From contig CAYZSU010000001.1 of assembly GCA_964480565.1 (NCBI GenBank), forward strand, positions 1 to 59,246: a stretch of DNA of 59,246 nucleotides. Reading direction: 5' to 3'. Under the pieces are notes generated by a model. The model was not told the DNA's origin, searched no databases, and saw nothing but the letters and a program-made list of their open reading frames with translations. Made by a program: the position numbers and the translations under genes. This stretch comes from an uncultured Myxococcales bacterium. Lineage in GTDB: Bacteria > UBA10199 > 2-02-FULL-44-16 > JAAZCA01. Shown in pieces: positions 16,539 to 26,513 of this stretch (the first letter of the stretch is position 1; the number at the start of each line of letters is the position of its first letter).

Positions 16539-17480
16539 ATGGTAGGCTATGAATTAACTGAAAAAGAGATTGCAGTCGTGAATGATATCTTTTCTGAGGA
16601 TATTGTGATTGATGATCGTGTCCGCCCATATAATCTCACAAAAAAAGTAAAAAAAGGAGATGAAGGTCTTGAGGTTGCTGATGAGATTGGTTCTGAGGTG
16701 AACTCGCGAATTCAACGGTTTCTTCAGGGTCGGTATGGAGAGGATGTTGTTGTTTCATTTTCAAAGCATCGCGTGCTTCGCAGTCAGGTATTTTTTTCAG
16801 ATTTTTCATTGAATGAAAATATTATTATTCCATGGCATAGTACTTCGGATTCCACATGTGGGGCATTGATTTGGCCATTGGAGCTGTTTTATTTTTTCTA
16901 TAATAGATCGCTTGGTGGTGTGTTTGGGTATGAGAAAAAGGGAGATCTTACTGAAATTGAACTTCAGTCCATCAATACTATTTCATCTAGCATTTTAGGT
17001 ACGCATGATGCGTGTTGGGGGCCGCCTCGAACAGATCTTACATTTAATGGCGATATGCTAATACTTAGTCAAAATGATATGGAAGATACGTCATGGGCAC
17101 AAGATTTTTTAATTGGTAAATACACTGTGAGTTCAGGTGAGTCAGCGTGGGATATTCATATGGCATATCCCAAAACAGTGCTTAAGCCTTTAGCTGCACA
17201 AGGTGGATCAGCGAATAAGCATGTTGATAAAGATTGGGTCAATATGGTTCGTAATAATATTATGGACCTTGCTGTGGATATTACAACAGTACTCGGAGTG
17301 GTGGACGTGACCTTTCAGCAGGTAATGGAGATTAAAGAAGGTGATGTTTTTCAGCTTAATATCTTTGATCAGCAATATCCTGTTTTGATTGATGGTAAAA
17401 CACAATGGTTAGCAAATGCAGGTGTGGCAGGTGACAGGCAAGCAATAAAGATAATAAAAGGAGTGAATGACAATGGATGA
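16539..17480 (+). CDS. fliM: Flagellar motor switch protein FliM
   Basis: N-terminal LTEKEIAVVNDIF (CheY-binding-like), with a FliM middle and a C-terminal SpoA-like domain. Start moved downstream of the promoter. Confidence 0.9.
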   Translation: MVGYELTEKEIAVVNDIFSEDIVIDDRVRPYNLTKKVKKGDEGLEVADEIGSEVNSRIQRFLQGRYGEDVVVSFSKHRVLRSQVFFSDFSLNENIIIPWHSTSDSTCGALIWPLELFYFFYNRSLGGVFGYEKKGDLTEIELQSINTISSSILGTHDACWGPPRTDLTFNGDMLILSQNDMEDTSWAQDFLIGKYTVSSGESAWDIHMAYPKTVLKPLAAQGGSANKHVDKDWVNMVRNNIMDLAVDITTVLGVVDVTFQQVMEIKEGDVFQLNIFDQQYPVLIDGKTQWLANAGVAGDRQAIKIIKGVNDNG

Positions 17481-17784
17481 GAAGCCAATGCAATCGACAG
17501 GTGCAGAAATATCGACAGATATGAATGATTTAAAATTCGTGGCAGATGTGCCTGTAAATCTTCATGTGGAGTTAGGCAATGCCACGCTCACTATTGGTGA
17601 GTTGATGCAATGTAGTAGTGGATCAGTCATTACATTAAACAAGCGTATTGGTGAGCCTTTTTTGATTACTTTAAATGGCCGGCCAGTGGCAGAAGGTGAA
17701 GTTGTGGAAGATGGTGCAAATTTAGGGGTGAAAATCACCAATGTATTGCATACAGGTGATTTAAAAGATGTGACAACGGAATAG
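17467..17784 (+). CDS. fliN: Flagellar motor switch protein FliN
   Basis: VPVNLHVELGNATLTIGELMQCSSGSVITLNKRIGEPFLITLNGRPVAEGEVV (SpoA domain). ATG 17473 is an alternative start. Confidence 0.92.
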   Translation: MTMDEKPMQSTGAEISTDMNDLKFVADVPVNLHVELGNATLTIGELMQCSSGSVITLNKRIGEPFLITLNGRPVAEGEVVEDGANLGVKITNVLHTGDLKDVTTE

Positions 17785-17792
17785 GAGTGAGA

Positions 17793-18545
17793 ATGAAAAA
17801 AGTACATACTATAATAATTGCTGTAGTGATTATGGCCTGCACTGGGCCTGTAATGGCTCAAACGATTAATCCTGCGCCAGCGACTAAAAATTCACAGCCG
17901 GAATTTCAGAAAAGTGCACCGGAGCTTGTTAGTGCTCAGCCGGTTAAGCAGGTAGCCAATATGCCGTTTCCAAAAAAATCAATCGCTGCTTCAACAAAAA
18001 GTGTATTTCAAAAAAGTACAAAAGCGATGTCGGGTGATCAATATAAACATACATTGAAATGGGCCATTGGCCTGTCATTTTTACTCACATTTGTACTGAC
18101 ACTATTATACATGAAGCGAAAAGGTGTGGGAGGATTTGGTCGAGGCAAAGGAAAGTGCTTGTTGCGAGTGGTTCAGAGTATGGCTATCCATCAAAAACAG
18201 CGTATTTCCATTATTGAAGCCGATGGTGAGCGTATGGTGATTGGCATTAGTAATGATCGAATGACATTACTGTCAAAGCGATCCATGCGAGATGAGGCGG
18301 TTCATAGTATTGCACCTGTATTTGAAAGTGAAGTCATTCAAGCGGAGTCAGAGGTTGAAAAAGACGTTAATGTGTCGAACGTTACTAATACCAGTCAAAA
18401 ATCATCATTTGCATCGATGGATAAGGCGGCGGCAAATATCGTTGATCCAATAAATATTAGTTCTGATCGTACAGCAGGGTCCTCATCGGTTGAAAAGCAA
18501 ATTGAGGATCGAATTAAAAATTTAAAAAAGTTTTTAATTAATTAA
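17793..18545 (+). CDS. fliO: FliO-like export-gate accessory protein (unusually long)
   Basis: Sits in the fliN-fliP slot. TM segment WAIGLSFLLTFVLTLLYM followed by LRVVQSMAIHQKQRISIIEADGERMVIGIS. About 250 aa, versus about 120 aa for typical FliO. Confidence 0.6.
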   Translation: MKKVHTIIIAVVIMACTGPVMAQTINPAPATKNSQPEFQKSAPELVSAQPVKQVANMPFPKKSIAASTKSVFQKSTKAMSGDQYKHTLKWAIGLSFLLTFVLTLLYMKRKGVGGFGRGKGKCLLRVVQSMAIHQKQRISIIEADGERMVIGISNDRMTLLSKRSMRDEAVHSIAPVFESEVIQAESEVEKDVNVSNVTNTSQKSSFASMDKAAANIVDPINISSDRTAGSSSVEKQIEDRIKNLKKFLIN

Positions 18546-18559
18546 AAAAGAGAGTTCGT

Positions 18560-19369
18560 GTGCATAGAATGCATTTTATAAAAACAAATTCAGGATTGTT
18601 GAAAAATATCCATTCACTGCCATGGCGTGAAATAGCTATAGGCATTGCAATGCTTATCGTTGCATTGATCGATATGAATGCCATGGCACAAAGTGCTGGG
18701 CCTTCATTGTCATTAAATATCAATACAGGGAATGGTGCAGGTGAAATATCATCTGCGGTAAAGATCCTGATATTTATGACATTGCTTAGTTTGGCCCCTG
18801 CGGTATTGGTGACAATGACGTGCTTTACGCGTATCATCGTCGTGTTTTCATTTATTCGCCAAGCCATTGGAATTCATCAATCCCCTCCCAATCAAGTGCT
18901 TATTGGCTTAGCTTTATTTTTGACTATGTTTATTATGACACCCGTATTTAGTGAAATAAATGAGACAGCGATAAAGCCATATCAGGAAGATAAAATTGAA
19001 CAAAGCGAGGCGATTGATTTAGCTATGGCACCGATTCGCAAGTTTATGTATGCACAAACGCATGAAAAAGATTTAGAGCTCATGTTAACTTTAAGTAAAA
19101 AGGATCGCCCCAAGTCATTTGATGATTTGTCAAATATGATTCTCATTCCATCGTTTATATTGAGTGAATTAAAAACTGCCTTTGAAATCGGTTTTATAAT
19201 TTATATTCCATTTGTATTAGTGGACATGCTGGTAGCAATGGTGTTGCTAACAATGGGTATGATGGTATTACCGCCAGTGCTTATTTCGCTGCCATTTAAA
19301 TTGATGCTCTTTGTTTTGGTGGATGGATGGGATTTATTAATTGGCTCACTTGTAAGGAGTTTTTCATGA
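18560..19369 (+). CDS. fliP: Flagellar export-gate protein FliP
   Basis: SLAPAVLVTMTCFTRIIVVFSFIRQAIG...PNQVLIGLALFLTMFIM...FKLMLFVLVDGW. Confidence 0.96.
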   Translation: MHRMHFIKTNSGLLKNIHSLPWREIAIGIAMLIVALIDMNAMAQSAGPSLSLNINTGNGAGEISSAVKILIFMTLLSLAPAVLVTMTCFTRIIVVFSFIRQAIGIHQSPPNQVLIGLALFLTMFIMTPVFSEINETAIKPYQEDKIEQSEAIDLAMAPIRKFMYAQTHEKDLELMLTLSKKDRPKSFDDLSNMILIPSFILSELKTAFEIGFIIYIPFVLVDMLVAMVLLTMGMMVLPPVLISLPFKLMLFVLVDGWDLLIGSLVRSFS

Positions 19370-19638
19370 CACCTGACCTAGCAATATCGATTGGCAAGGA
19401 TGCTATTTTTACATTATTGACAACGGCTGCACCTATTTTGGCCATTGGTTTTGTTGTTGGGCTAACGGTGAGTTTAATACAAGCAGTGATGCAACTTCAT
19501 GAAATTACAATTGTATTTGTGCCGAAGATGGTAGCCATTGGTTTTGCATTAGTGTTTTTTGCAAGCTGGATGTTGGCACGATTGTCCACCTTTACCGTGA
19601 CATTGTTTAACAGTATTCCTGGAATGGTTAGCCAATGA
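19366..19638 (+). CDS. fliQ: Flagellar export-gate protein FliQ
   Basis: 90 aa. LLTTAAPILAIGFVVGLTVSLIQAVMQLHEITIVFVPKM. ATGA overlap with fliP. Confidence 0.93.
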   Translation: MTPDLAISIGKDAIFTLLTTAAPILAIGFVVGLTVSLIQAVMQLHEITIVFVPKMVAIGFALVFFASWMLARLSTFTVTLFNSIPGMVSQ

Positions 19639-20408
19639 CAAATATTGAGAGCTATATTAACAGCGCTATATTGATAGTACTGATAAGCATTCGATTTGGA
19701 AGCTTAATTATGGCATCTCCTATTTTTAGCGGTCGGGCAATTCCTGTGCATGTAAAAGTAATATTGTCATTATCTATTGGTTTTTTACTTCACTCACATG
19801 TGGCGATGGTATCAATTAATATCTGGTCCTCCACAATTGAAATAATGATGGCGATTGTTTTTGAAGTAATTATTGGTTCATTTATGGGGTTTACTGTTCA
19901 TCTGCTATTTTTAGCAGTTACACTGGCTTTTGAAATTGCAGGGATGCAGATGGGATTTGCAATTGCCCGTATTTTTGATCCAGAAAATAATCAGCAAATT
20001 TCAGTGCTATCGAAGTTTATTCTAATTATCGCAGTTTTTTTCTTTTTTAGCATGAATTTTCATCACTATTTGATGGTGTCTATTTTATATAGTTATGAAA
20101 AAATGCCTATTGGAATGTTTAACTTTTTTGATAGTCCAATTATTGAAAATCTGATCAATTTTTTATCGACTAGCTTTGAAGTGGCGGTGCGAATTGCCAC
20201 GCCAATTATTATAACGATATTAGCGATACAATTAGTCATGGGTGTGATTTCAAAAACTGCACCACAGATGAATATGTTTTTTAATATCGCATTTAGTATT
20301 AATTTGAGCCTGGGTTTAATTATGGTCATGACTTTGTTGCCAAGAGTGCGCTATTTTTTTGAATCAGTGGGAAGTAATTTAACGCATCATATCTTTGGGT
20401 TAATTTAA
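19635..20408 (+). CDS. fliR: Flagellar export-gate protein FliR
   Basis: 257-aa polytopic membrane protein in the fliQ-flhB slot. Confidence 0.9.
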   Translation: MTNIESYINSAILIVLISIRFGSLIMASPIFSGRAIPVHVKVILSLSIGFLLHSHVAMVSINIWSSTIEIMMAIVFEVIIGSFMGFTVHLLFLAVTLAFEIAGMQMGFAIARIFDPENNQQISVLSKFILIIAVFFFFSMNFHHYLMVSILYSYEKMPIGMFNFFDSPIIENLINFLSTSFEVAVRIATPIIITILAIQLVMGVISKTAPQMNMFFNIAFSINLSLGLIMVMTLLPRVRYFFESVGSNLTHHIFGLI

Positions 20409-20409
20409 T

Positions 20410-21501
20410 ATGGCTGACGAACAAAAAAATGATTCGCAGGAGAAAACCGAGGAACCTACTCAGAGGCAGCTGGAAAAGTTTCGTGAGGAAGGTCAGGTTG
20501 CAAAAAGTCAAGAAATCACATCGATGTTTGGTTTTATTGCCGCTATTGCAGGGTTTTATTTTGCAGGAAAAAATATTTTGGAATCAGTGGTTACATGTAC
20601 ACAAACAGCATTAATATCAGCTGACTTTGATACTATGTCAGATGCGGTGTCGCGACTTAGCAGTAGTGCGCAGGATGCATTTATTAGCCTCATGCCTGTA
20701 TTGGGTTTGATGTTTGTGACAGCGATTTTAGCAGGATCCACACAAACGAAATTTTTAGTTACATTGAAAGCATTAAAACCAAAAGCAGATAAGATTAGCC
20801 CATTGGGGGGGATTAAACGGCTTTTTTCAAGCCAATCTGCGGTTAATTTTATAAAAAATGCATTAAAAGCAGGTGTCATTGGGTGGATTTTATACCGGGT
20901 GATCTCCAATCGATTTGATGAAATTATTAATATTAGTCAGATAGCAGTATATGATCAATTTATCTATATTTTTAAACTTATTGCGAGTATTTTTTTAATT
21001 ACAGTGATTTTTTTATTCGTTGTATCTGTATTTGATTATCTCTATCAATATCACAGTGTTCGGAAAAAAATGAAAATGAGCAAGCAGGACATTAAAGAAG
21101 AAATGAAACAAACGCATGTGCCTGAAGGTGTGCGTGCAAAGCTAAAGCAAGTGCAGCATGAACGCGCGAGAAGGGAAATTGAAACACAAGTGCCCAATGC
21201 AGATGTGGTTATTACCAACCCCACTCACTTTGCTGTCGCACTACAATATGTTCGGGGGCAACATAGTGCACCAAAGGTTTTGGCAAAGGGCGCTGACTTG
21301 CTTGCCCAAAGAATTCGCGAGTTGGCAAAAGATAATGAAATAGTGATTTATGAAGAGCCACCATTAGCGCGTGCACTTTATAAGCGAGTAAAAGTGGGCA
21401 AAGAAATACCGATTGATTTGTTCAAGGCAGTCGCAAAGGTGTTGGCCTATGTGTATAAATTGAAGAAAATAAAACCAGCAATAAAGGCAGTTAATACATG
21501 A
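20410..21501 (+). CDS. flhB: Flagellar export switch protein FlhB
   Basis: N-terminal EKTEEPTQRQLEKFREEGQVAKSQE and the NPTH autocleavage site (VVITNPTHFAVAL). Confidence 0.96.
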   Translation: MADEQKNDSQEKTEEPTQRQLEKFREEGQVAKSQEITSMFGFIAAIAGFYFAGKNILESVVTCTQTALISADFDTMSDAVSRLSSSAQDAFISLMPVLGLMFVTAILAGSTQTKFLVTLKALKPKADKISPLGGIKRLFSSQSAVNFIKNALKAGVIGWILYRVISNRFDEIINISQIAVYDQFIYIFKLIASIFLITVIFLFVVSVFDYLYQYHSVRKKMKMSKQDIKEEMKQTHVPEGVRAKLKQVQHERARREIETQVPNADVVITNPTHFAVALQYVRGQHSAPKVLAKGADLLAQRIRELAKDNEIVIYEEPPLARALYKRVKVGKEIPIDLFKAVAKVLAYVYKLKKIKPAIKAVNT

Positions 21502-23561
21502 TAAAACAAATATTTAATAAAGATATTATTTTAGCATTAGCCATTGTTGGTATTTTGTTTGTCATGATCATTCCATTGCCGCCATTTGCATTGGATATTT
21601 TTCTAGTTCTATCTATTACTATTGCATTGCTAATTATGCTGATATCCATTTATGCGGTAAAGCCATTGGACTTCTCTGTATTTCCTACCATATTGCTATT
21701 TGTTACTATGTTTCGTTTAGCGCTAAATATTGCAAGTACGCGTTTGATTTTATTGCATGGCGCTGATGGTGAAAATGCAGCAGGTACTGTCATTAGCTCA
21801 TTTGGAGATTTTGTTGTGGGTGGAAATTATGTTGTTGGTTTCATTGTATTTGTGATTCTTGTGATCATTAATTTTATTGTGATCACAAAGGGTGCGGGTC
21901 GTATTTCAGAGGTGGCCGCGCGATTTACATTGGATGCCATGCCCGGCAAACAGCTGGCTATTGATGCAGATTTAAATGCAGGTATTATTTCCGATATTGA
22001 AGCAAAAACCAGGCGAAAATCAATTGAACAGGAATCCGATTTCTATGGTGCAATGGATGGTGCGAGTAAATTTGTTCGCGGTGATGCCATTGCCGGGTTG
22101 TTGATTACAATTATTAATATTTTAGCGGGTTTTATTATCGGTATTGTTCAAAATGATATGACATTTCTCGATGCCCTTAAGGTATATACCTTGTTGACAG
22201 TGGGTGATGGTTTAGTGACACAAATTCCTGCATTGATTGTGTCTACATCATCAGGTGTTGTAGTGACAAAAGTGGTTCGAGATACGAGTTTGCAGGAAAG
22301 CATTGCTAGCCAAATGTTTCAACGTTATAAACCTATGGGCATTGTGGCTGGATTGTTATTTATGTTGGGGATTATTCCCGGTCTTCCAACCATTCCATTT
22401 TTTATGATTGGTATTATACTGGGCGTGTATGCGTGGCAAGGCAGTCAAGGTAAGAAAAAAGAAGAGCAATCTAAAGAGTTGGCAGAGTCAACGCATCAGG
22501 CAGATGTTGCAGAAATGCCAGGGGATGCGGACAATGTACTTCCTGCACTTGATATTTTACGATTGGAAGTGGGGTATGATTTAATTCCCATGGTTGATCA
22601 ACGTGTGGGCGGAACCTTTTTAGCGCGAATTTTATCAATTCGTAAACAATTTGCTCAGGAAATGGGTGTAATTGTACCATCCGTGCATATTTGTGATAAT
22701 TTACGGCTTAAATCCAATGAGTATCAACTATTGTTGAAAGGTGCAAAAGTAGGTGGTGGTGATTTATTGCCGCATCATTGTTTAGCCATGAGTCCAGGCA
22801 TGACAACTCGTAAAATTGACGGCATTGAAACGCAAGATCCTACATTTGGGTTGCCAGCGATTTGGATCCCCGAGGAGAAAAAAGAAGAAGCCATTGTTGC
22901 CGGGTATACGGTGGTGGATTTAGCAAGTGTAATGGCCACACATTTAACAGAAGTTATTCGAAAAAATCTGCATAATATTTTAAATAGGCAGGATTTACAG
23001 GCATTAATCGATCAATTCAAAGAGCAATATCCAAAAGTAGTATCTGAACTTATTCCAGAGCTTCTTCCGTTTGGTGTTGTATTGCGAGTGCTTCAAAATT
23101 TACTAAAAGAAGATGTACCGATTAGGGATTTACTCACAATATTTGAAACCTTGGCAGATGTAGCGCCAAGCATCAAAGATGCGGATACATTGACCGAACA
23201 TGTACGTGTGGCACTTGGGCGATCCATTACACAATTATATATGCAGCCAAATGGAAGTTTAGATGCACTTTGTTTGGAAAAAAGTTTAGAGGAAAAATTA
23301 GCTGCGAGTATTCACGCTCATCAGGGAATTTCCCAACTGATTATTGACCCCAATATGGCAAAAGCAATTATAGAAAGTATTGGCAGTGCAATGGAGCGAA
23401 ATATGAACTCTGCTGTTCCGCCGGTTGTGTTAACATCACAGATTATGCGACCGCATTTACGAAAATTATTGGAAAAATTTATTCCAAATTTATCGGTATT
23501 ATCACATGGCGAAGTAGCAGGGTATGCATCAGTAAAAACATTATCCATGATTGGAGGATAG
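21498..23561 (+). CDS. flhA: Flagellar export-gate protein FlhA
   Basis: 687 aa. FTLDAMPGKQLAIDADLNAG...GAMDGASKFVRGDAIAG, with a large cytoplasmic C-terminal domain. Confidence 0.97.
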   Translation: MIKQIFNKDIILALAIVGILFVMIIPLPPFALDIFLVLSITIALLIMLISIYAVKPLDFSVFPTILLFVTMFRLALNIASTRLILLHGADGENAAGTVISSFGDFVVGGNYVVGFIVFVILVIINFIVITKGAGRISEVAARFTLDAMPGKQLAIDADLNAGIISDIEAKTRRKSIEQESDFYGAMDGASKFVRGDAIAGLLITIINILAGFIIGIVQNDMTFLDALKVYTLLTVGDGLVTQIPALIVSTSSGVVVTKVVRDTSLQESIASQMFQRYKPMGIVAGLLFMLGIIPGLPTIPFFMIGIILGVYAWQGSQGKKKEEQSKELAESTHQADVAEMPGDADNVLPALDILRLEVGYDLIPMVDQRVGGTFLARILSIRKQFAQEMGVIVPSVHICDNLRLKSNEYQLLLKGAKVGGGDLLPHHCLAMSPGMTTRKIDGIETQDPTFGLPAIWIPEEKKEEAIVAGYTVVDLASVMATHLTEVIRKNLHNILNRQDLQALIDQFKEQYPKVVSELIPELLPFGVVLRVLQNLLKEDVPIRDLLTIFETLADVAPSIKDADTLTEHVRVALGRSITQLYMQPNGSLDALCLEKSLEEKLAASIHAHQGISQLIIDPNMAKAIIESIGSAMERNMNSAVPPVVLTSQIMRPHLRKLLEKFIPNLSVLSHGEVAGYASVKTLSMIGG

Positions 23562-23562
23562 C

Positions 23563-24849
23563 ATGAGAATAAAAAAATATATAGTATCATCGATGTCACA
23601 AGCAGTGACTCAGATTAAATCAGAATTGGGACCCAATGCCGTGATATTATCATCAAAGCGAATAAAGTCCAAAGGACTGATCAGCAAATTGGGTGGTCCA
23701 GGCACTATTGAAGTAACTGCCGCTGTGGATGTTGTTGGAAAGCGAGTAGCGGATGATGGTATTACTCCTCAGGCCAGGCCAAAATTATCAAAGGTATTGG
23801 ATAATTTAACGGGCGAGCATTTTAAGCCCATTCACGATCAGCTTGGTCAAATGCAGCAGCAATTGGATACAATTTCTGATAGCGTTGAAACATCCAGCGC
23901 TTTGTTTGAAGAAATTTCACAGCTAAAGGAATTGATCTCTCATGTGAGTGCAACGGAGAAGAAGGCAGACCAGAAACCATCCACTAAAGTGATCGATGAT
24001 ATTGTCAATCGATTGCTATGGCATCGAATGGATAGCCAGTTAGTGGGCAAGCTAGTCGATGATGTGATGGATCAACGTGTCGATTTTAATATTTATGAAA
24101 ATGTCCGGGATAATATTGCAAAGCTTATTTTTGATCGGCTTCCAGAAACAAAACCCATTGATATTGAAGCAGGTAAGCAGTTTATCGGTGCAGTGATTGG
24201 GCCAACAGGTGCGGGAAAAACAACCACATTGGTGAAACTCGCGAGTGAATTTGTGTTGGAAAGAAAAGCATCCATTGCTTTTATTAATTTGGATCAATTC
24301 CGTATTGGCGCGCAGGAACAGCTAAAGCATTATGCGGATATTTTAGGATGTCCATGTGTATCCGTATCCAACAAGCAGGAATTAAATAAAGCTATTGAAG
24401 AGCTTAGTGATATGGATGTTATTTTAATTGATACTACGGGTAGATCGTTTAATGATAGACGTCATTTGGCTGATTTAGGACATATTTTATCCTTAGATGT
24501 ACCGGTGGTTAAGCATTTGGTGATGCCTGCCAATACTCAGGAACCAGAAACCTCTGAGATTATCAATCGATATGATTTGGTTGGTATTGATCGTATTATC
24601 ATATCCAAACTCGATGAAGCTGTAAGTTTTGGAACACTTGTGAATACAACTATTAAATCCAATTTACCATTGGCCTATTTTACAGTGGGTCAACAGGTGC
24701 CAGATGATTTGGAGCATGCGAGCAAAGAGCGCATTGTGGATTGTCTATTTAACTATTCAGGGGATTTTAATTATTCAGATCAATTGCGAAAACGCAGTAA
24801 TTATAATATGGATACAACCGCAATTAACTCCAAGGAGCTACCCATATGA
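23563..24849 (+). CDS. flhF: SRP-type GTPase FlhF
   Basis: MRIKKYIVSSMSQAVTQIKSELGPNAVILSS, G1 GPTGAGKTTT, DTTGRS. Confidence 0.92.
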   Translation: MRIKKYIVSSMSQAVTQIKSELGPNAVILSSKRIKSKGLISKLGGPGTIEVTAAVDVVGKRVADDGITPQARPKLSKVLDNLTGEHFKPIHDQLGQMQQQLDTISDSVETSSALFEEISQLKELISHVSATEKKADQKPSTKVIDDIVNRLLWHRMDSQLVGKLVDDVMDQRVDFNIYENVRDNIAKLIFDRLPETKPIDIEAGKQFIGAVIGPTGAGKTTTLVKLASEFVLERKASIAFINLDQFRIGAQEQLKHYADILGCPCVSVSNKQELNKAIEELSDMDVILIDTTGRSFNDRRHLADLGHILSLDVPVVKHLVMPANTQEPETSEIINRYDLVGIDRIIISKLDEAVSFGTLVNTTIKSNLPLAYFTVGQQVPDDLEHASKERIVDCLFNYSGDFNYSDQLRKRSNYNMDTTAINSKELPI

Positions 24850-25736
24850 TATCAGTGGACCAGGCAATGAACCTTCGCGATCGAATGCAATCGCAGCTTC
24901 AATCCAATGGGCCAGTGATGCTTTCCTTTGTGAGTGGCAAAGGTGGTGTTGGCAAGTCAAGCATTGTGCTGAATTTAGGGTTAAGTTTGGGAGCTTTAGG
25001 TAAAAAAGTATTATTGGTGGATATGGATTTACATACGGGATTATTGGATATGTTGTCTGGAATAGATATTCGACATAATTTGCTACATGTATTAAAAGAA
25101 GATTATGAGATGCCAGCAATTGTGCAATGCGTGTCACCCAATGTGGATTTAATTGCATCGACAATGAACAGTATTCGCCTATCAAGTGCAACAGAGGATG
25201 AGTTGGAATATATTTTTTTAGGCATTGAACGCCTGGCTAGGCTGTATGACGTGGTTCTTATTGACACATCTGCGGGGGTTGGTGCGCATCAACGGTTTGC
25301 AATTTCTCAAACTAATAGTACTATACTAATTATTAATCCGGACCCATCCGTATTAGCGGGATCATATTCATTTTTACGTGAAATAGAGCTGCGTTTTCCG
25401 GAAAAAAATTATGCGTTTATTGTTAATAAAGTAAACGATGTGAAAGAAGCGCATATGATTAAATCACGATTTACAGGTATGTGTAAAACATATTTACAAC
25501 GATTGCCTGCATATATTGGGATGATTCCAACGGATAATTATGTCAGTGAGTCGTTTAATAGACAAACACCCTGTTTTTCAATGTATCCTAAGTCTAGCGC
25601 TTCACGATCATTTGAATCCATTGCTGCCATGCTATCGGGTGTAAAAGTGAGGCAAAAAAGTTGGTTGGAAGAAAAAATGCATGGTTTGTTTGAAAAAGGA
25701 AAAAAAGCAACGCACCATATAAATATTGGGGTATAG
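24846..25736 (+). CDS. flhG: MinD/ParA-family ATPase FlhG (FleN/YlxH)
   Basis: Deviant Walker A SGKGGVGKSS directly after flhF. Confidence 0.9.
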   Translation: MISVDQAMNLRDRMQSQLQSNGPVMLSFVSGKGGVGKSSIVLNLGLSLGALGKKVLLVDMDLHTGLLDMLSGIDIRHNLLHVLKEDYEMPAIVQCVSPNVDLIASTMNSIRLSSATEDELEYIFLGIERLARLYDVVLIDTSAGVGAHQRFAISQTNSTILIINPDPSVLAGSYSFLREIELRFPEKNYAFIVNKVNDVKEAHMIKSRFTGMCKTYLQRLPAYIGMIPTDNYVSESFNRQTPCFSMYPKSSASRSFESIAAMLSGVKVRQKSWLEEKMHGLFEKGKKATHHINIGV

Positions 25737-25739
25737 GCT

Positions 25740-26501
25740 ATGTCCTGTGGTGAAAAAAAATATGAAAATACAGTGATGTGTGCATCTATGGACGCAAGGG
25801 ATAAGCGTATCTTGGATAATGCGCAATTGGTCAAATGGATTGTTCGGCGTATTGTAGAAAATTTGCCACCGCATATTCAAGAAGAGGATTTGCTACAAGT
25901 GGGGTATTTGGGTTTAATTGATGCAGCGGATCGTTTTTCAGAGGGCAGTGATAGCGAATTTCGTGCCTATGCCACATGCCGGATACGCGGTCAAATTATG
26001 GATGATCTTAGAAAACGCGATATTCTAACCCGATCCATGAGAGATCGTGTGGATAAGCTAAAGAAGGCCAAACGTGAATTACAACATGAGTTAATGCGCG
26101 ACCCATCGCCTGAGGAAGTATCCCGTCGGCTCGATATTTCAATGGATGATTTTTATCAGTTGGAATGTGAGGCACGTGCTGAAGCGCTAATTAGCATGGA
26201 AGATATTATTTGCAAGGTAGCGGGTGTCAATCAATACGTGCTGGAAAAAATGGGAAAAAATGATTTGGATCCAGAGGTAGAAACACAAATTGTAGAGGTG
26301 CGAAATATTTTAGTTGATGAAATCGACAAATTATCTGACAAAGAGCGTATGGTCGTATCGCTGTACTATTATGATGAAATCACATTGCGTGAAATCGGGG
26401 AAGTACTCGGTGTGACAGAATCACGTATTTCGCAAGTACATGCGCAGGCGATTATAAAGTTAGAGCGACGGCTAAAAACATCATTGGATAGCTCGATGTA
26501 G
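25740..26501 (+). CDS. fliA: Flagellar sigma factor sigma28 (FliA/SigD)
   Basis: Region 2 LLQVGYLGLIDAADRF...YATCRIRGQIMDDLRKRD and region 4 LREIGEVLGVTESRISQVHAQAIIKL. Confidence 0.92.
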   Translation: MSCGEKKYENTVMCASMDARDKRILDNAQLVKWIVRRIVENLPPHIQEEDLLQVGYLGLIDAADRFSEGSDSEFRAYATCRIRGQIMDDLRKRDILTRSMRDRVDKLKKAKRELQHELMRDPSPEEVSRRLDISMDDFYQLECEARAEALISMEDIICKVAGVNQYVLEKMGKNDLDPEVETQIVEVRNILVDEIDKLSDKERMVVSLYYYDEITLREIGEVLGVTESRISQVHAQAIIKLERRLKTSLDSSM

Positions 26502-26513
26502 AAGAGGATAATA

